Assembly: GCA_002633005.1 (NCBI GenBank)
Contig: NMRA01000140.1
Location: 310,001 to 374,000, forward strand
Direction of reading: 5' to 3'
DNA from: Phoronis australis
Lineage: Eukaryota > Animalia > Phoronida
DNA: 64,000 nucleotides
Part shown: positions 23,951 to 38,069 of the stretch, in pieces
How positions within the stretch are numbered: position 1 is the stretch's first letter
How the letters are laid out: every line of letters starts with the position of its first letter
Program-made: the position numbers and the translations under genes
Notes under the pieces: generated by a model
Told to the model about the DNA's origin: nothing
Databases searched by the model: none
Seen by the model: only the letters and a program-made list of their open reading frames with translations

Positions 23951-24954
23951 GTGAGCTTGAATGGTGTTGAGAATTTGATTAGGCAAATAAGGACACTTTT
24001 ATTAGCCCTTAATGTTCATTCCATTTGCTGACTTACAGGAGAAAGTCAACTTTCCACAGTTATTTTTATTAAAAATACAAAGACTGGCCGTGTGTCAGGG
24101 ATAGTTGGTGTTCCTTGGGGTTCTTTTGGTTTTACATGTCGAGGTCAGTGTGATGATGAAGTTGGGGGTTATCGTCTAGTGTCTTACATTGTTTCTGAGT
24201 ATGAATTAATTACATGAGCGATCATGGAGCTTGGACAGTTATCACTGTGGGTCCTGTGTGCTCTTGGTATGATAGCCTGCTGAAACATGACGCAGGGATT
24301 AAACTATACGTCACTTCACTAGCGGTGCAGGTGTTGTTAATGAGAGACTGCATGTTAAACAGTAAAAACTGGTTGTTTTTGTAAAAATAATCCAAAAATT
24401 GACTTCCGCTCTTTTGGAAGGACTCACTTTCTTGTTATGTACACTAAAAATGACAATCTGCTGTTTCGATATTTATGCACTGTGTTCAGTATTTGCCTTA
24501 CATTTTTGGGAAAATGTATATTAATTTCAATATACTTCTGACTTGCCAGACTTCAGCAACAAACAAACAAAGCCAAACACAAACCACAGCGGTATGAGGT
24601 TATGATTGGGACCATTAGGTTACGGTTGTAAGTTCACTCAGTGTAACTGTTGCATACCCTTGCATGTTGTGTTAGTGGCATAGCTACGAGTGTCCCTAGC
24701 ATGAATCTGGTGTTGGTCAGTTGATGGTAATGCAATGTTTAGGTCTAGTGCATGCGGGGCAAAAATAGTCAGTAATTCAGAATAGTTTCCCCTTCTGTTG
24801 GTTGTTTCGGGTTTTAGTAAGGCAGCGATAATTATTTTTTGTCATGCATGGGGAATTTAAACCCAACCCTCTATGGAGTTTTCCGTTCTATTGCTCACTA
24901 GGTCTCTTATGATATTTGTGCTTGAGAATACTCTCAATATGGCTGTTTTCAGAG

Positions 24955-25206
24955 TACAGTAAAATTTAAGACAAAAATATTCGTTAAAATGGACATATTT
25001 CTATTTGACTTGCCACTTTGTTACAAGTTTTCAAAATGTTACCAAATTTTGTTTGGTAATACGGTAACTATGGCATAAAGATCATGCTAAAAGCAAACTT
25101 AAGTAAATTTGTCTGAAAAGTCATTATTTTTGTTGAAAATTTGACAAAACAAAAATTCACCTCAGTGTCCGTCATACTGTGTCCCAAATTGAAGAATTTT
25201 TACTGT
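24955..25206. mobile_element. Mariner-like MITE (TACAGTAAAA...TTTTACTGTA); family relative starts at ~53031
   Basis: Short TIRs with TA flanks; the right end TGTGTCCCAAATTGAAGAATTTTTACTGTA is the near reverse complement of TACGGTAAAATTTCTTCAGTTTGGGACACA at 53031. Confidence 0.65.
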
Positions 25207-25841
25207 ATATAATTATTCATATGACGGGTCAGCTAATCACATGAAGCCAGCTGTGGTTAGAGGGCAGCACTGTGTGCGGAAGTTGTACAATGGACCTGTA
25301 GATGATTTCCTTGAATTTTTAAAAGAATTTTTAAAGCACACGCTGACTGTTACCTCCTCCCCCACTGTTCCTTTTGAACAAAAGCTGCTTGAATGAGGGG
25401 GAAGTTTTTATTATTGATAGCATTGAATTGCATTGTTGTAGCTTTCAAGTGGTGAAGGTTGCTCTATTTTAACTTAATTCAAGATAATTTTTCAATTTCA
25501 CCGTTTTGCTATTACATAACTCTCATATAAAAAGTTTTGGAGGTCAGGTTTTGAATTTTTTCCAACAATTTCTTCTAAACAATGTGTTATTGAAACTGCT
25601 TTATTTGATAGTGGAGAGGATATCTGGAGATTTGTAAATATCAATTAAATGTAAAATGAAATTCACGATAGGTTGTGTTTGGCAGATGAAATCATACTTT
25701 TGAATAGGCTTAAAATTATTTTAAACAAATATAGAAAATAAAATTTCTTGTCCTGTAATTTTTAGTTCAAGTTACTTTGATTAATGGAAATTTGAAAATA
25801 CTATCACGCCATACTCAATAAGATGTGCTAACTTTTTATAG

Positions 25842-26181
25842 GCGAAAAAGAATACTGGCTCGGCAGCAGGAGTTCTATGATCGACTAGATCGTCAAGACC
25901 GCATGAAGTTACTGATGACTGATCAACATAGAGAGCAGGTGAAGGAACGCCTGGATTTTGAAAATCAACGACGTCAGAAAGAAATGGAGCAGATCGAGCG
26001 TTCAAGGGAGGCCAAGAGAGAACTGCAGAAGGAGCTGACGAGTACGGTCAATAACAAGTCACGTGACAACAGTGAAAGGGAGGCTCGCAAGATTGAGATC
26101 ATGAGACAGAGGCAGGCTCAGCGAGAGGAATCGAGGGCGGAGAGGTTAAAACAAGCCCAGGAACAGGCCTCACAGAGACAG
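25842..26181 (+). CDS. VWA/DUF4537-like gene coding exon 5 (E/R/Q-rich coiled coil)
   Basis: tttatag|(R)RKRILARQQEFYDRL...QASQRQ|gtacgt; phase 2 in, phase 0 out. Confidence 0.88.
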
Positions 26182-26883
26182 GTACGTGAGATTTTTATTA
26201 TTAATTGTTAAACCTGTGTTTTAATATAATGGCGTTGAGCTGGAACATCCCATTTCACACAATGGCAAGTGTCGAACGGTTTTGATTTAATTTGCAATTG
26301 TCACACAAAATCATATCATAAGAGTTCAAGCTAACATGTTTTCTATGGTTATTGGGAATAATTTTAGGAGCATGGCCTGCGTCATTGGCACAAAAATAAT
26401 TTCATCGACGCTCTGTGATTGTTAACAGGCCCGTTAAAATTGGAAGCAAAAAAGGACAAAAGACTAACATGGCCCTGTGGGTTAATTCAGTCCTACCCAG
26501 GCTTTTCTAAAGTGATCACTTGGTTCACTATGATTCGTAGCCTGGAACACATCTGTAGGTGTTGTTATTGATTAAGTAAACATTTCATTCCTATTTTATC
26601 TTGCTTTGAAGTTGGCTATTTTTCTCTCGCCGACATATCTTTTAAGTACTTTAATTAGTTCCGGTAAATGTTAACTTTTTGTGATGAAGAAAGTTGTTTT
26701 TGGTACCATTTTTACCATTTGGCATCAGGCCATTTATAATCATTGTAAGTACTCACATTTTAAGTGAATTGTGGCTATGATGTTGTAGTTTGAGCTTTGA
26801 GTGATGTATTTGGAATATTCTGCCCACTTTTTATTTGTTTACTGCTATTGAGTTTTGATTTAATTCTAATCGTCAAAGGTTTA

Positions 26884-27307
26884 CGGTAAAATCTCACCAA
26901 TTTTAGACAGAAAAAAAATTGCCAAAATGGCCTTTTCAGTTTTCGTTGTTGTGAATGTCCATTTTGTTTTTAAAATATTGTTTGATGGTGACTATGTACA
27001 AGCCAAAGTATTCAGACAAAATGACCCAGAATTCCCTGTCATGGGCTAAGCCGTTCTATAAATATAATTTTGTTGCCCTAATTACCGATAATTTTTGCTG
27101 GTAACAGAATTAGCCGTCGTGACGGGAAAGCAAAATTTTGTCTGACTACTTTTGTCTTGTACTGTACACATGATACAGCACTTGAAAATAGTTAAGTATT
27201 AAATGGATGGTACTTAGTATAATACATTTTTGACGAAAATAACAAGAAAATATAATTTCACTTTTGAGGCAGGCGCATTGTGTCTTTAATTTGGTGAGAT
27301 TTTACTG
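26884..27307. mobile_element. Mariner-like MITE
   Basis: TIRs CGGTAAAATCTCACCAATTTTAGACA and rc CAGTAAAATCTCACCAAATTAAAGACA; left TA flank. Confidence 0.75.
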
Positions 27308-27539
27308 CCATTATTTTTTATATGGTTAAAGTGGTGTAGCCCTGCGGTAGATCTAGATAGATCACTTTCATTTTTGTTGCAACATCCAATATTTCATGTC
27401 TGCATCTGAAAAAACGTATCTTTGTCAGTTATTTTGAGCCGTGCACACATGTTACACAAGGTTAAACACACTTAATTTTTTGTGCACCATATTTGGAGAT
27501 GCCATTCACATTCAAGTTTCACATGGGACTTCTTTGAAG

Positions 27540-27845
27540 TCGGGGACTCCCGGCAGGAAGTGAGGTCTGGTGGCACTCTATGTGCACACCACCAGATATG
27601 GGCTGAACTCCCTTCGGGCTTTCAGTGAGAGGCTGTGGAACTGCCTACCAAGTGTGATGAAGGAGTCGGAGGGACTCGGTGCTTTAGGACACAGCCTGTC
27701 GGTTTGGGCTGGCTGTTTGCACTTGCAGTTGCTGCCGATGGGTGTTATAGCGTGTTTTGCATCCTCACGGGGACCCTGCGCACCCGTCACGGAACTGTTT
27801 TTTTACTTTGTATCTTATAAATTTACTTTGACATTTAATGTTTAA
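27540..27845 (+). mobile_element. 3' end fragment of a CR1/L2-type LINE ORF2
   Basis: VHTTRYGLNSLRAFSERLWNCLPSVMKES...F...L..W.G..CTCSCC (with frameshifts) is the characteristic post-RT C-terminus (T..YG..S......LWN.LP) of invertebrate CR1/L2 LINEs. Confidence 0.7.
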
Positions 27846-27906
27846 TGTTTTATTGTCAGTAATAATAGCCCTCCGCTGAAGTGTTCCCTTATTATCTATT
27901 GTACAG

Positions 27907-28137
27907 GAAGCCAAGAGTGAACGTGCGCAGGACCGTTGGAATCAAACTCACGAGAGGCTAGTGCAGGAAGAGGCCCAGAACGCTGATCGAGATCAACAAA
28001 TGCGCAGTGCAAAGATCAACCGCATAGAGCACTTCCGAAAACTTGAAGATGAGGGTCAAGCAAAACGGGGTGATGGCACTGGCATCACTACAGATCAACA
28101 CCAGTCACTGTACAGGTCTAATTTTGTTTTGGCCTAA
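27907..28137 (+). CDS. VWA/DUF4537-like gene coding exon 6 (last)
   Basis: gtacag|EAKSERAQDRWNQTHERLVQEE...LYRSNFVLA* in phase 0; the spliced CDS totals 2856 nt (951 aa). Confidence 0.85.
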   Translation, partial: EAKSERAQDRWNQTHERLVQEEAQNADRDQQMRSAKINRIEHFRKLEDEGQAKRGDGTGITTDQHQSLYRSNFVLA

Positions 28138-31100
28138 AGGTGGAGTGATGTATAAACTCACATGGTGGTGTTACGTATCGATAGTGAATGAAAAATACCA
28201 GTATACCACCGGAGACATCGAGTTGAGAGGTGTGGGTGGTGTCTAGATACTTCTTTGAAGACGTCATCCAAAAGCCCAGGCATGGGTTCCATGAACACAA
28301 GTTGTCGCGGATATTGCTAAGTATCATGTGATCAGACTTACTTCTCTAGATACTTGCATTTACGGAACTCAGTCCATGAAAATATGGTATTTTACATCAT
28401 GTACGTTTTTACCAAAAATGTGTAGAATTTGTATGAGACTATATAAATTGCTAAGTTGTGGAAAATGGTTACAGTGTTGCTACATGTAGTTAATCAATCA
28501 CATATCAACGGCTAAGTAATGCTCTTGAATTGACTCAAGGTGTAAAATACAAGGTATTGGTTATTTTATTTTGTACAGGTTGTTTTTGAAAACAATTCTT
28601 TATGTGTTTTGTGCCAGTCTCCAGACTAGGAATATTGATCTCATTGTACAATCGTATAATCTTGATAATTAAATTATTCTTTCTGAATATCATTTATTAA
28701 ATTTCAACTGCTTGAAACTTTGCATTTTGTATTTGTGTTGCATGTCTACATCACACTGCAAATAGATATTGTGGTTAATAAGTATTTTTGACAACGACTT
28801 TTACAACCAGCCTTTCAGATGTTGTTTGCTATTTATGTGACATAGTAGATAGATAATTTTCGTTATTAAAGTGTTTTAATATTTATATTCCAACTCATTT
28901 ATTGTATGCTAATTGTCTATTTTATGTACACGATCAAAAATGGTTTAAGACTGAGGTATTTTTTTAAAGATACTCAAGTTTTCAGTGACAAAGATTTTTT
29001 AACCATTCTGCTGCTCCATTTCAAAAAATCATTGTCCAAGTGTCCATATGCTGTAAAAACTGGAAGTCCATATCTGACATTCTCAGTGCCCCATTTGTTT
29101 TGCAAACACATACATTTTGTATAGGTGAAGTGCATTACAACGGACTTGGAAGCATACTATTCACTCCTTACATTCCATTCCACAAGTCCCAAATCAATAG
29201 TTCTCTATACAGTTTGAATTGGTTACAGTGAGGTTTGGTGCCAACCACTTTAGAAAAGTCCTTAGCAGGTTCTTTGTAATGCAGTTGGATTATAACGAGT
29301 TTGATTCCACTGTACATTGAAAAACTTTAGTTAAATAAAGTTAATTTTCAAGTGGTGAAATTACGACATAAACGTGAGCGTGACTGCTTTTGTGTCATTT
29401 TGCTTAAATATAATTGAATACCAGGACTATATTATATTACTATCAAATTTAAGTGGTGGCCTATGTCATGTAATTTGTGATCAGTGCTCGTTTCATTGAC
29501 TGGAACATATAAATCTAATTGTGCCTGTATATAACAATTATTGAGATAATTATGTCTATGAGGAATATACGGTAATTGGTTAAAACTTGTGACAAGTGTT
29601 TCTTTTTCATTTCAAAGTCGAGGCTTAAATAGGGGGTCAAGCATGTTTATTCAAGTATGCACCGTTCTTTCTATGGATTTCCTTTTGTAAAAACAAAAGT
29701 TACAAATATAAATAATTTAAATAACTTACGGTATTGCTCAATAAATTGATATAAAACTAGAGGCAGATAAATTCATGAAATCTATAAACTACACATTGTC
29801 AAATTTCAGTGAACCATATTGGTTACCGAAAACGGTCCCAGATTCAATACTGCCACACCACAATACCTATGGGACTACTCTTTGCTAAATACCAAGTTAG
29901 TATTACAATAAAGAATGGCCATCATCACAAGACAATGAGTAATTTCAGCACCTATGGTTGGCGTTGCGCAGTTGTCGTTTGAACATCCCTGAAGACCACC
30001 GATCCTGCTTTACAAAACAATAACACAACATAAACGTATAGCCAACAAAGGCTTGTGAATTAGAAATTCAAGGGAGCATTGATAACATTCTAGCACAAAG
30101 TATGGGGCCCAAGTAGACCTGCAGTTACACGAGTAACGCAAAAAATATTAAGCAGTAAAACTGAAAGTGCTCTGACGGAGCGACACTTGGCGAAATAGAT
30201 GGTAGAAGAGACGCATGACACCCAAGGCAGTGACACCACACAAGAGAAAGACCATGCCTTCAATGATGATGCAGGCGATGACCATTAAGACCGTTGCCGA
30301 CAACAACACTGACAATACTGCCACAAATAGCAACATCACCAACAAGAAACCACTGCCAAAACCGATAATCCCAAATATGGCAATGCGACTGACGTCAATA
30401 GTGGCACAAGACGAAATTGATGAACAGACTATACAATGGAGAGTACTTGACAACAAAGTGAGGAATGGTCATTCAGTAAAAGAACAGTCGTCAGAAAATT
30501 TCAAATAGCACAAAAAATAACGGTCAATAGCAGTGGAAAATTGACAACATTTATAACGTAGCACTTGACGAAATCTCTCCAAATACCAAGTTTCATGAAA
30601 ATCCGTGGAAGGGCACCCGAGTTATGGCTATTAAGAGAAATTTTGAAAAATGGCCATTAAAATGCAACCTTGCATCCAACTGAACTAAATTGGACCTATC
30701 CTGGAGATAAAGTCGCATGCTGTGTGCAAATTTCAAGTTAATCGAACCATCAGGATGGTATATATGCAAACAATAGAAAGGTCTAGAACTCGGGTTGTTC
30801 TTCAACCCTGAGACAACTACTGAATACCTACTGTAGTACGAGCGCCTTAATATGGCGCCAATAAGGCGCCACCTTTTGGTGAACTCTAGTACTTTGTCCA
30901 CAGTAATATTATAAGTGTGTTACATTTCATCAGATCACCATGGCTACCAATATACCAGTGAAAAACGGATGCCGCATTTGCCGCATGTTTTGCAGCACTT
31001 GAAAACTTGTCACACACTAAATAACAAGAGAAATGCGTCAAGGGACAAAAGAGCAATGGCACAAGAAATCAATCAATGAAAGGGCAGCCAGAAAGTCCCC

Positions 31101-33370
31101 ATAGTGAAAAATGGGTGACATGCTTGAGGCAGCTGTTGACGATATGTATATACATTCCTATTTCAGAAGAATCCCTCAAAAGACCACAAAGACCAACAAG
31201 TGACCGATTTTGACCAAAGGCTATGAGGATAAATTTTGTCAATTAGCGGAGCAAATAACAGGTAAGGTACAGAGCCCACGTGCTTGAACTTGGAGATGTA
31301 CTGCACTGATGACAGAGAAACGTACCAGCGTTTGACCTCAGTCATCAGTAAATCTCGAATAATTTGAGAACCATAAATCGCAACGAAAAGCACCTTCAAC
31401 ATTTCTACAGGCTCGTAACTGTCTGTCAAAGAATATCGAAGCTATGGTAGGAGATAACAGTAAATAAAGGAGAAGTCATCAGTAAATCTTGAACACTAAA
31501 TCATATCAAGAAAGAAATGAATCAAAAGTTCACAAAAATCTAACGAAAGACCGAGGACCTAGAGCTCCGCAAAGCAAACATTTGAAAAATGGCTGTCGCA
31601 GTGCCATCTTGCTTCCAATTTTGACGGAAAATAAGAAGGCATGGAGCTTTTAAGAATTACATGTTACCTGTTAATTTGATGTCAACCGGACCAGATATAT
31701 GACTTCCACCCTGTACACAAACAAAACAATGAAAAACTTCATGACAAAGCAACATACTTGTCAAAATTTCATTTCGCCACATAATAATAGCTTGATTAAA
31801 GAAGCCACGAACCTGCTTCCACCAAAAATACAATTTTGATTTACACCACTGCCTGTTATGGAATTGCGTCTCAAAATTGTTCCTCAAACGTGAGGTGACC
31901 TCAGGGCTTCAACAGAACTGATATTTCTGTGTTGTGGATTCTCACCTTTGGATACAATGCAGGTTCATCGCCACTTTAATATTACATAAAAACTTGATAA
32001 TCAAGGTCACGTAATTAAGGTCAAACCAATCAACTTCAAACTAAAAAAAAAAATCAAACCTAGACAGAAAGGAGAGAACCTAGACACAGCAGTATTTAAT
32101 AATGCTCTCCACTCACAGGCTAATTATCACAAATTACGCATAATTCATAGACAAATTTGTTAACAAGATTACATAGTAGGGCCTATGATGAAATGAATTG
32201 GGTGTTCAGGTATTCCATCGCAATTTCCAAAAATTACAGTATCATTTTTGGTACCGACAAACACTGTTACATAATATTATTTCTGACTTTCCAAAAGGTT
32301 AAATTATCATTTCAAACATGAAAAATATAATCATTAAAGTTCTATGATTTTCCCCCAAGACATTTTGGCTTATTTCTCTAAAATCCCAGCACTTTTATAG
32401 ACAGACCCCAAAATTTCCGGCCTCGACCAGACTGTACAAATCACATTTCGCAAAAAATATAAATAAGCTCATTGCCTACTGGAAAATGATAGTGAGTGTG
32501 CCCAACAATGAAGAGTGAAAATAAATTATTTTAGCAAGTTGCCTACATCCATATCAGAGAAGTATGGATACAGCCAAGCAGAACGCAAACATAAATATGA
32601 CAATATACAAACATTAAAGGCAAGGCAACCATTTTTGAAATTACCTTCAGTACCAATACAGATCCTTGGATAGGACAAAAACATAGTTGGTTCTTGTCTG
32701 TACCCCCGCCTCACTTCAAGACCTGCCCTCATCGATTAAAGCAACAAAAAACATTCGCCCACATCAATTTCTTGCATTTTTGTTAAGCTGCATTATGACA
32801 CATAAGCAAGGGTAAGCAAGGTTTGAAACATCACAATTAGCCAAGCAAAGTATAAAATGAAACAAATCCCGAATCATTTTTGATCGTCTCACGTGGAACT
32901 TCTTTTATAAAAAGTGAGAAATACTTCTAAAATACCGCACCATCAACTTGGTTTAACAAAAAAGTATGCTTTTTGGCCCCATCTTCGACAGACTTTTGTT
33001 CTTTAGGTAACTATCCACAGAACAAGAGGAATTGAAGTGATGTAAATGGCCGTGCACAAGGTCCATATCTTGGTTGTGTATTCACTTCCAGTGTGCAAAA
33101 AGACGTGTGACTGATATAGACTATGTTGAGTAGCGAACAGGGTATTCTGTTTGCTCAATGGAAGAGAATGCAGAACTAGAACCAAAATGTGGGCCTTTTA
33201 CTGGGCAATAACCAGGAATCTGATTTTACTACATGTAACATCGAAAATGATTGCGTTCCTCTTAAACAGTGCACTAAAAATCCTCGAAATACATCACTAG
33301 TTTTCACTGAAGCTAACAGATGGTGTTCAATATGGCTTTAAACCACTCGGCATATAGCATTCATAACTGT

Positions 33371-36188
33371 TCACTTATTGGTGTTGAACGACCCTGGCCT
33401 CTTGTATCCATGAGTAGGAGTACTGGGCTGCCCAACTTTCAAATAACCAGTTCTCTTCTGTTCACCATAGAGTGGCACGACACTAGTTTTGATACCAATG
33501 GGCACATAACCCAAGACATTACCAGACTGATTCGAAGAGCAACTTTCTAACTTGGACATATTTGCTTTGTTCTCAATCATAACTATATCACTGGTGCACG
33601 AAACACTAGCAGTCATGGGAGGAAAACTGGTTCGAAAATCCGATGTAAGTGACGTTTGATCTACAGAGACGGAGGTCTTATGAAAGAGACCACCATTTTC
33701 TAAAGGCTTTGAGTCCAGAAATCCATTTTCTGAGATACCCGAATCCCGCATGGGATCAACTTCTGAAAGAGCCACTGTTTGATAATTTGCAGTGTTTGAT
33801 TTACTTGATTTTTTCAAAGTATCGTCATGGATTTCCACGGCAACAGTAATTGGTCCACCACAGCTGTTACCCACAGGTCTGTTGTATGGACCATTTTCAG
33901 AAATACTTCGCTGAATCTGATGAGCAATGTTGCACTTGTCCTCGCTACCAACGCCACTATCACAGCTGCTAATACTACTACGTTTCCAGCCACCATTTTC
34001 CAACATGCTGCCCTTCAAAAATGGAGGCACATAACTTCCGTAGACTTTCTCGTAATAAGATTTGTTGTCACTCTTGTCCACATCCGAGTTCAGTCTTCGG
34101 CTAGACAACGAGATGCAGTCTGGTATGTCACGCGTGAGGTTAAATGTTGGTAAGCACTCACTGGATTTACTTCCACTTTTCTTCAACGTTTCAACAATAT
34201 CGCCGTCGTTTCTAATAAACTCAGACTTGGGCCTCTGAGACGGCACTCCCAATAGAGGATTGGAGCGTACATTAACACTGTTGCTTCTCTGAGCTCGTAT
34301 CAGTATACCACTTGTCTGAGTAGACCCACTGCTGTTTGAAAGGCCACTAGTGGTGCTGGATAGACTATCGGAACTTTTACTGTTCAACAATCGGTTTGTA
34401 TTATCATACAGAGGAATTTCCTTCCCACAGATGGCGCTGTTGGTTTTGCTTCCTGCTTTAACCCTGATCGTTGGTTGATATTTCTCTGGGATTTCCTCAG
34501 AGACCGAAGAGGACGAGTTCTTGTTCCTGGTCAAACTGTTGTACGGACTCGTACTTGAAGGTCGAGACCGTCGGCGTGGCAACGAATCTTGTGAAGATGC
34601 CTGAGGCAGTCGGTTTTCGACAACCTCACACGAGCCGAAGACATCATCGCACAGTGTACCAGAACTACTGCTTGTTCGACCAATGCTGTTCATAGAATTT
34701 TGTGACGGAGAACGACTCCGAGATTCAGACTGACACCGGCTATGAACATCACCTGAGATTTGAGATTTTGGCACATTTAAGGACATACTACGAGACACTT
34801 TGTTAATACCACGAGATATGATGACTGGTACAACCTCTGAAGAGGCATAATGATTGGAGAGACTACATGAACGTGTTTTAGCTACGGGAAGTAACCGGTC
34901 TTGTTCCGGCACATCACTGAGCGAGTGCCTAGTTCTGACTCTCGACGTGACGGGATCCGGAAGATAAATGAACGGCTTCCTGTAGGGCTCAGTTCTAACG
35001 AAACACGACTGGTCTTGCGGCAGTTTCGTGCTCATTTCTGGAGAGGTGGGCGGGGTCCTTTCAATATAATTAACATGAGTTGCAAAGTTGAGTGTTTTAG
35101 ATTGTCTGATGCCACTAGTGCTGCCCTCTCTGTCGCCTCTTTTCAATATACCTGGTCTTTCTTTCTTCGGTCTTCGTGGCCACGACATACTTCTCCTATC
35201 CATCTCATTGCTCTTGCAGCTCCTTGGAAGTGTATTAACTTCATGGCTGCAGTCGGAACTTTTCTGATCACATGACAATTGTTCTTGTGCCACATTAAGC
35301 AGGTTGTCAGCAGACGACGGTCGCAGCTTTCTGGTTTGACGTCTGCCAACCACACTTCCACGGTCTGCATCACTTTCATCTGACGAAATTGAAACAGTCG
35401 AAGGGAATTTAGCAGCACTGATAAGTGTCTTCTGCTTCAAATCTGAAAACATATTTTCTACTGGAACAGTTTTGTCAACATTTGAAATAGTCGTGTCAAG
35501 TTTCGTGTTGAGAAGAGAACTTTTGCGAACAGGCGGTAGAGGTTTAGCTTTCTTAAGTTTGTCTAGATTAGCAGAAGCTATGGCAAGATCCATGGTCAGA
35601 GACGACCTCTTACTGGGGTCATACTCTGAGACTTTCCCCTGGAAATCAGACTCGGAAAGATACCTCAAGGCACTCTTGTTTTGTAATTTTGCTCCATCAA
35701 TCTTACTCGGCGGTTTCACACTAGAACGTAAAGGCACATAAATAACACTGTCAATACTTGTATTGCTAGTTGTACTGGCACTCTGAGATGAGATGTTCTC
35801 AGATCCAGAAAGACTGCTGGCAGATTTGAGGGAATTTTCATCTTCCTTCTTGTCAAAAATCTGAGCACTGGTGCACCTTCTTGGGCCAGACGCATTCTCC
35901 ATTGCTCTCGTAGATGGCGAAGAAATACTGACACTGCGACTCCGCTTGAGTCCACTGTCCGACTTCATGGAAGTGAAGTATCCGTCTTCGTCTTCCGAAT
36001 GCGTCGAGGATTTGTCATCATCCATACAACTTACGTTGCCATTGATTGTATTGTGAAATCTCAAATTATTCTGTGTCAGGTCCACGGTGTAGAGGTCAGG
36101 TGCAGGCTTTGAGGATGACCTACTTTCAAAGCAGTAATCCCCTTCCTTCACAAACTGGGGACCCCTCCACTCAGGTGCACCACTTGGT
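33371..36188 (-). CDS. NHS: NHS/NHSL/GUK-holder family actin regulator, large last coding exon
   Basis: ttgtag acceptor, phase 2; Ser-rich disordered ORF with NHS-family motifs DEDGYFTSMKSDSGL and KPLPPVRKSSLL. Confidence 0.85.
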
Positions 36189-36688
36189 CTACAATGAACA
36201 GTATTACTTCATTAAAGACCTATTGAGCTATGGCTTCATAAGGCCTCTTAAGCCACTGTTATTTTTAATCTTCTGCAAAATTGTTATTGAGGGAACATAG
36301 CTAATTCCTCAATTTATGCATTCTAGTGATCAATTTTCAAAAATCCAGAAAAATACGCAAAATAAGACTCGCATGATTGGGCCTCTTGCATTTGGAAACT
36401 ATGGAGGGAAACAGAAGTGGTAGTCATGTTTTTGTTAGAACTATGATACTTTTCTCAGCGTTTTGTCACGGCTGAGTGTTAACTGCACTACGAGACTTCT
36501 TCAAATAGAAAGTGGACATGAAACGTTATAATTAACGAAGCTAAAAAGTTGGAAATGTCAACTTGTATGAGGATTCTTGGAATCCCATCTTTCATTTTGG
36601 AATATATCAATTGACATTTAATCTTTAGCCACGTCTTACCAAAAACTAGCTAATTTTTGTGCTCCAATTTTCAAATAGAATAGCATAC

Positions 36689-36791
36689 CTTTCTTTCTGG
36701 TTAAAGTGACCAGGAGAGCTGCTAGTATCCACTGTGTACTGGACACTGTCCGTGGACTGACCAGTGCTGTTGGAGCTACCACTCCAAATAC
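36689..36791 (-). CDS. NHS: NHS-family exon (SSSG-x-WSGSS motif)
   Basis: ttgcag|(G)IWSGSSNSTGQSTDS...QKE(R)|gtatgc. Joined to the previous exon it gives NSSSGIWSGSS, matching the NHS/GUKH SSSGNWS motif; phase 1 in, phase 2 out. Confidence 0.85.
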
Positions 36792-38069
36792 CTGCAACAA
36801 ATCACCACCAGTTAACTTCGTCATCATGGGAAGAGTCACTGCTCAGTGCAGTCGAATTTCCGTTTCTTTGATTACACTGAAATTCTCAGCCAGCTGCCAA
36901 ACAAATTGACAGTGAGAAACGAACAATTGCTGTAGGCATTTGTACATACTGGAACTATTCGACCAATGCTGCCTGTATCTGCCAAACACTAGGACATGAT
37001 ATCGATAGCTTTTTGAATGGCATCGATGTTCTGAAAACATGTATGGCGGACAAGGTTCAAAGTTAACTGTTGAATTCATCATTAACCCACACAAACAGCT
37101 GCTACTGGGAGTTTCCTAAAATAAGGCTAAGGGCAAATATTGGGAAAACGGCCTATCAAAAAAAAAGTCAAATGAAACCAAATATAAGCCCAGGCATATT
37201 TTCGGAAAAGGGAGGTGTATTTTCGGAAACAATGTCATTAAAACTGTCCTTCATACTGTGCTAATACTGCTAGTTACCAACAGTTACATAATATCTAGTT
37301 AAATGATGGTCATTTCAGTGAAATCACGACCCCAAAATAAAATGTCTTGCCAAAATAAGCAAAATGTAATATATCAAAACATATTACATTACATATTTCA
37401 AAACAATCCATCAAATTTTCAAAACATGTAGTTACCGAAAATATGGCCATGGGCCTAATTTTGGGTGGGCCTACACTCGGAAATTTCCGTTATAAACCAG
37501 CTATTTGATACAAGAGCAACGCAGAGCGTTGAAATGCGCCCACAATTGCACCGCATACGGTATCCTTCTAGGGTTGTTTATTGGTACCATAAGGTGGCCA
37601 GTAGAGGGTATACTTTGCAAAATGGAAAGGCATGGTCATTGTCTCCTCAATAGGCTAGGGGAAAATGTGAGTAATCTTCATAATACAAGCACATCCTATA
37701 CACCAGTTGCTTAAAGCACCACAGAAACATAGAATTAAAAACAAATTTACCAACATACGAGATTAGCACAGCATTAGAATGCCAGAAACAAATTTCTACT
37801 TGGAACTTTTCCTTCACAGTCACGAAGTAACACAAAGTATACACCTGAANNNNNNNNNNNNNNNNNNNNNNNNNNNNNNNNNNNNNNNNNNNNNNNNNNN
37901 NNNNNNNNNNNNNNNNNNNNNNNNNNNNNNNNNNNNNNNNNNNNNNNNNNNNNNNNNNNNNNNNNNNNNNNNNNNNNNNNNNNNNNNNNNNNNNNNNNNN
38001 NNNNNNNNNNNNNNNNNNNNNNNNNNNNNNNNNNNNNNNNNNNNNNNNNNNNNNNNNNNNNNNNNNNNN

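Noticed and set aside
30148-30508. Hydrophobic 102-aa / Thr-Asn-rich 97-aa ORFs
   Set aside because: Products of a low-complexity repeat; no splice or homology support.
33649-36056. Multiple plus-strand ORFs
   Set aside because: Antisense shadows of the large NHS exon.
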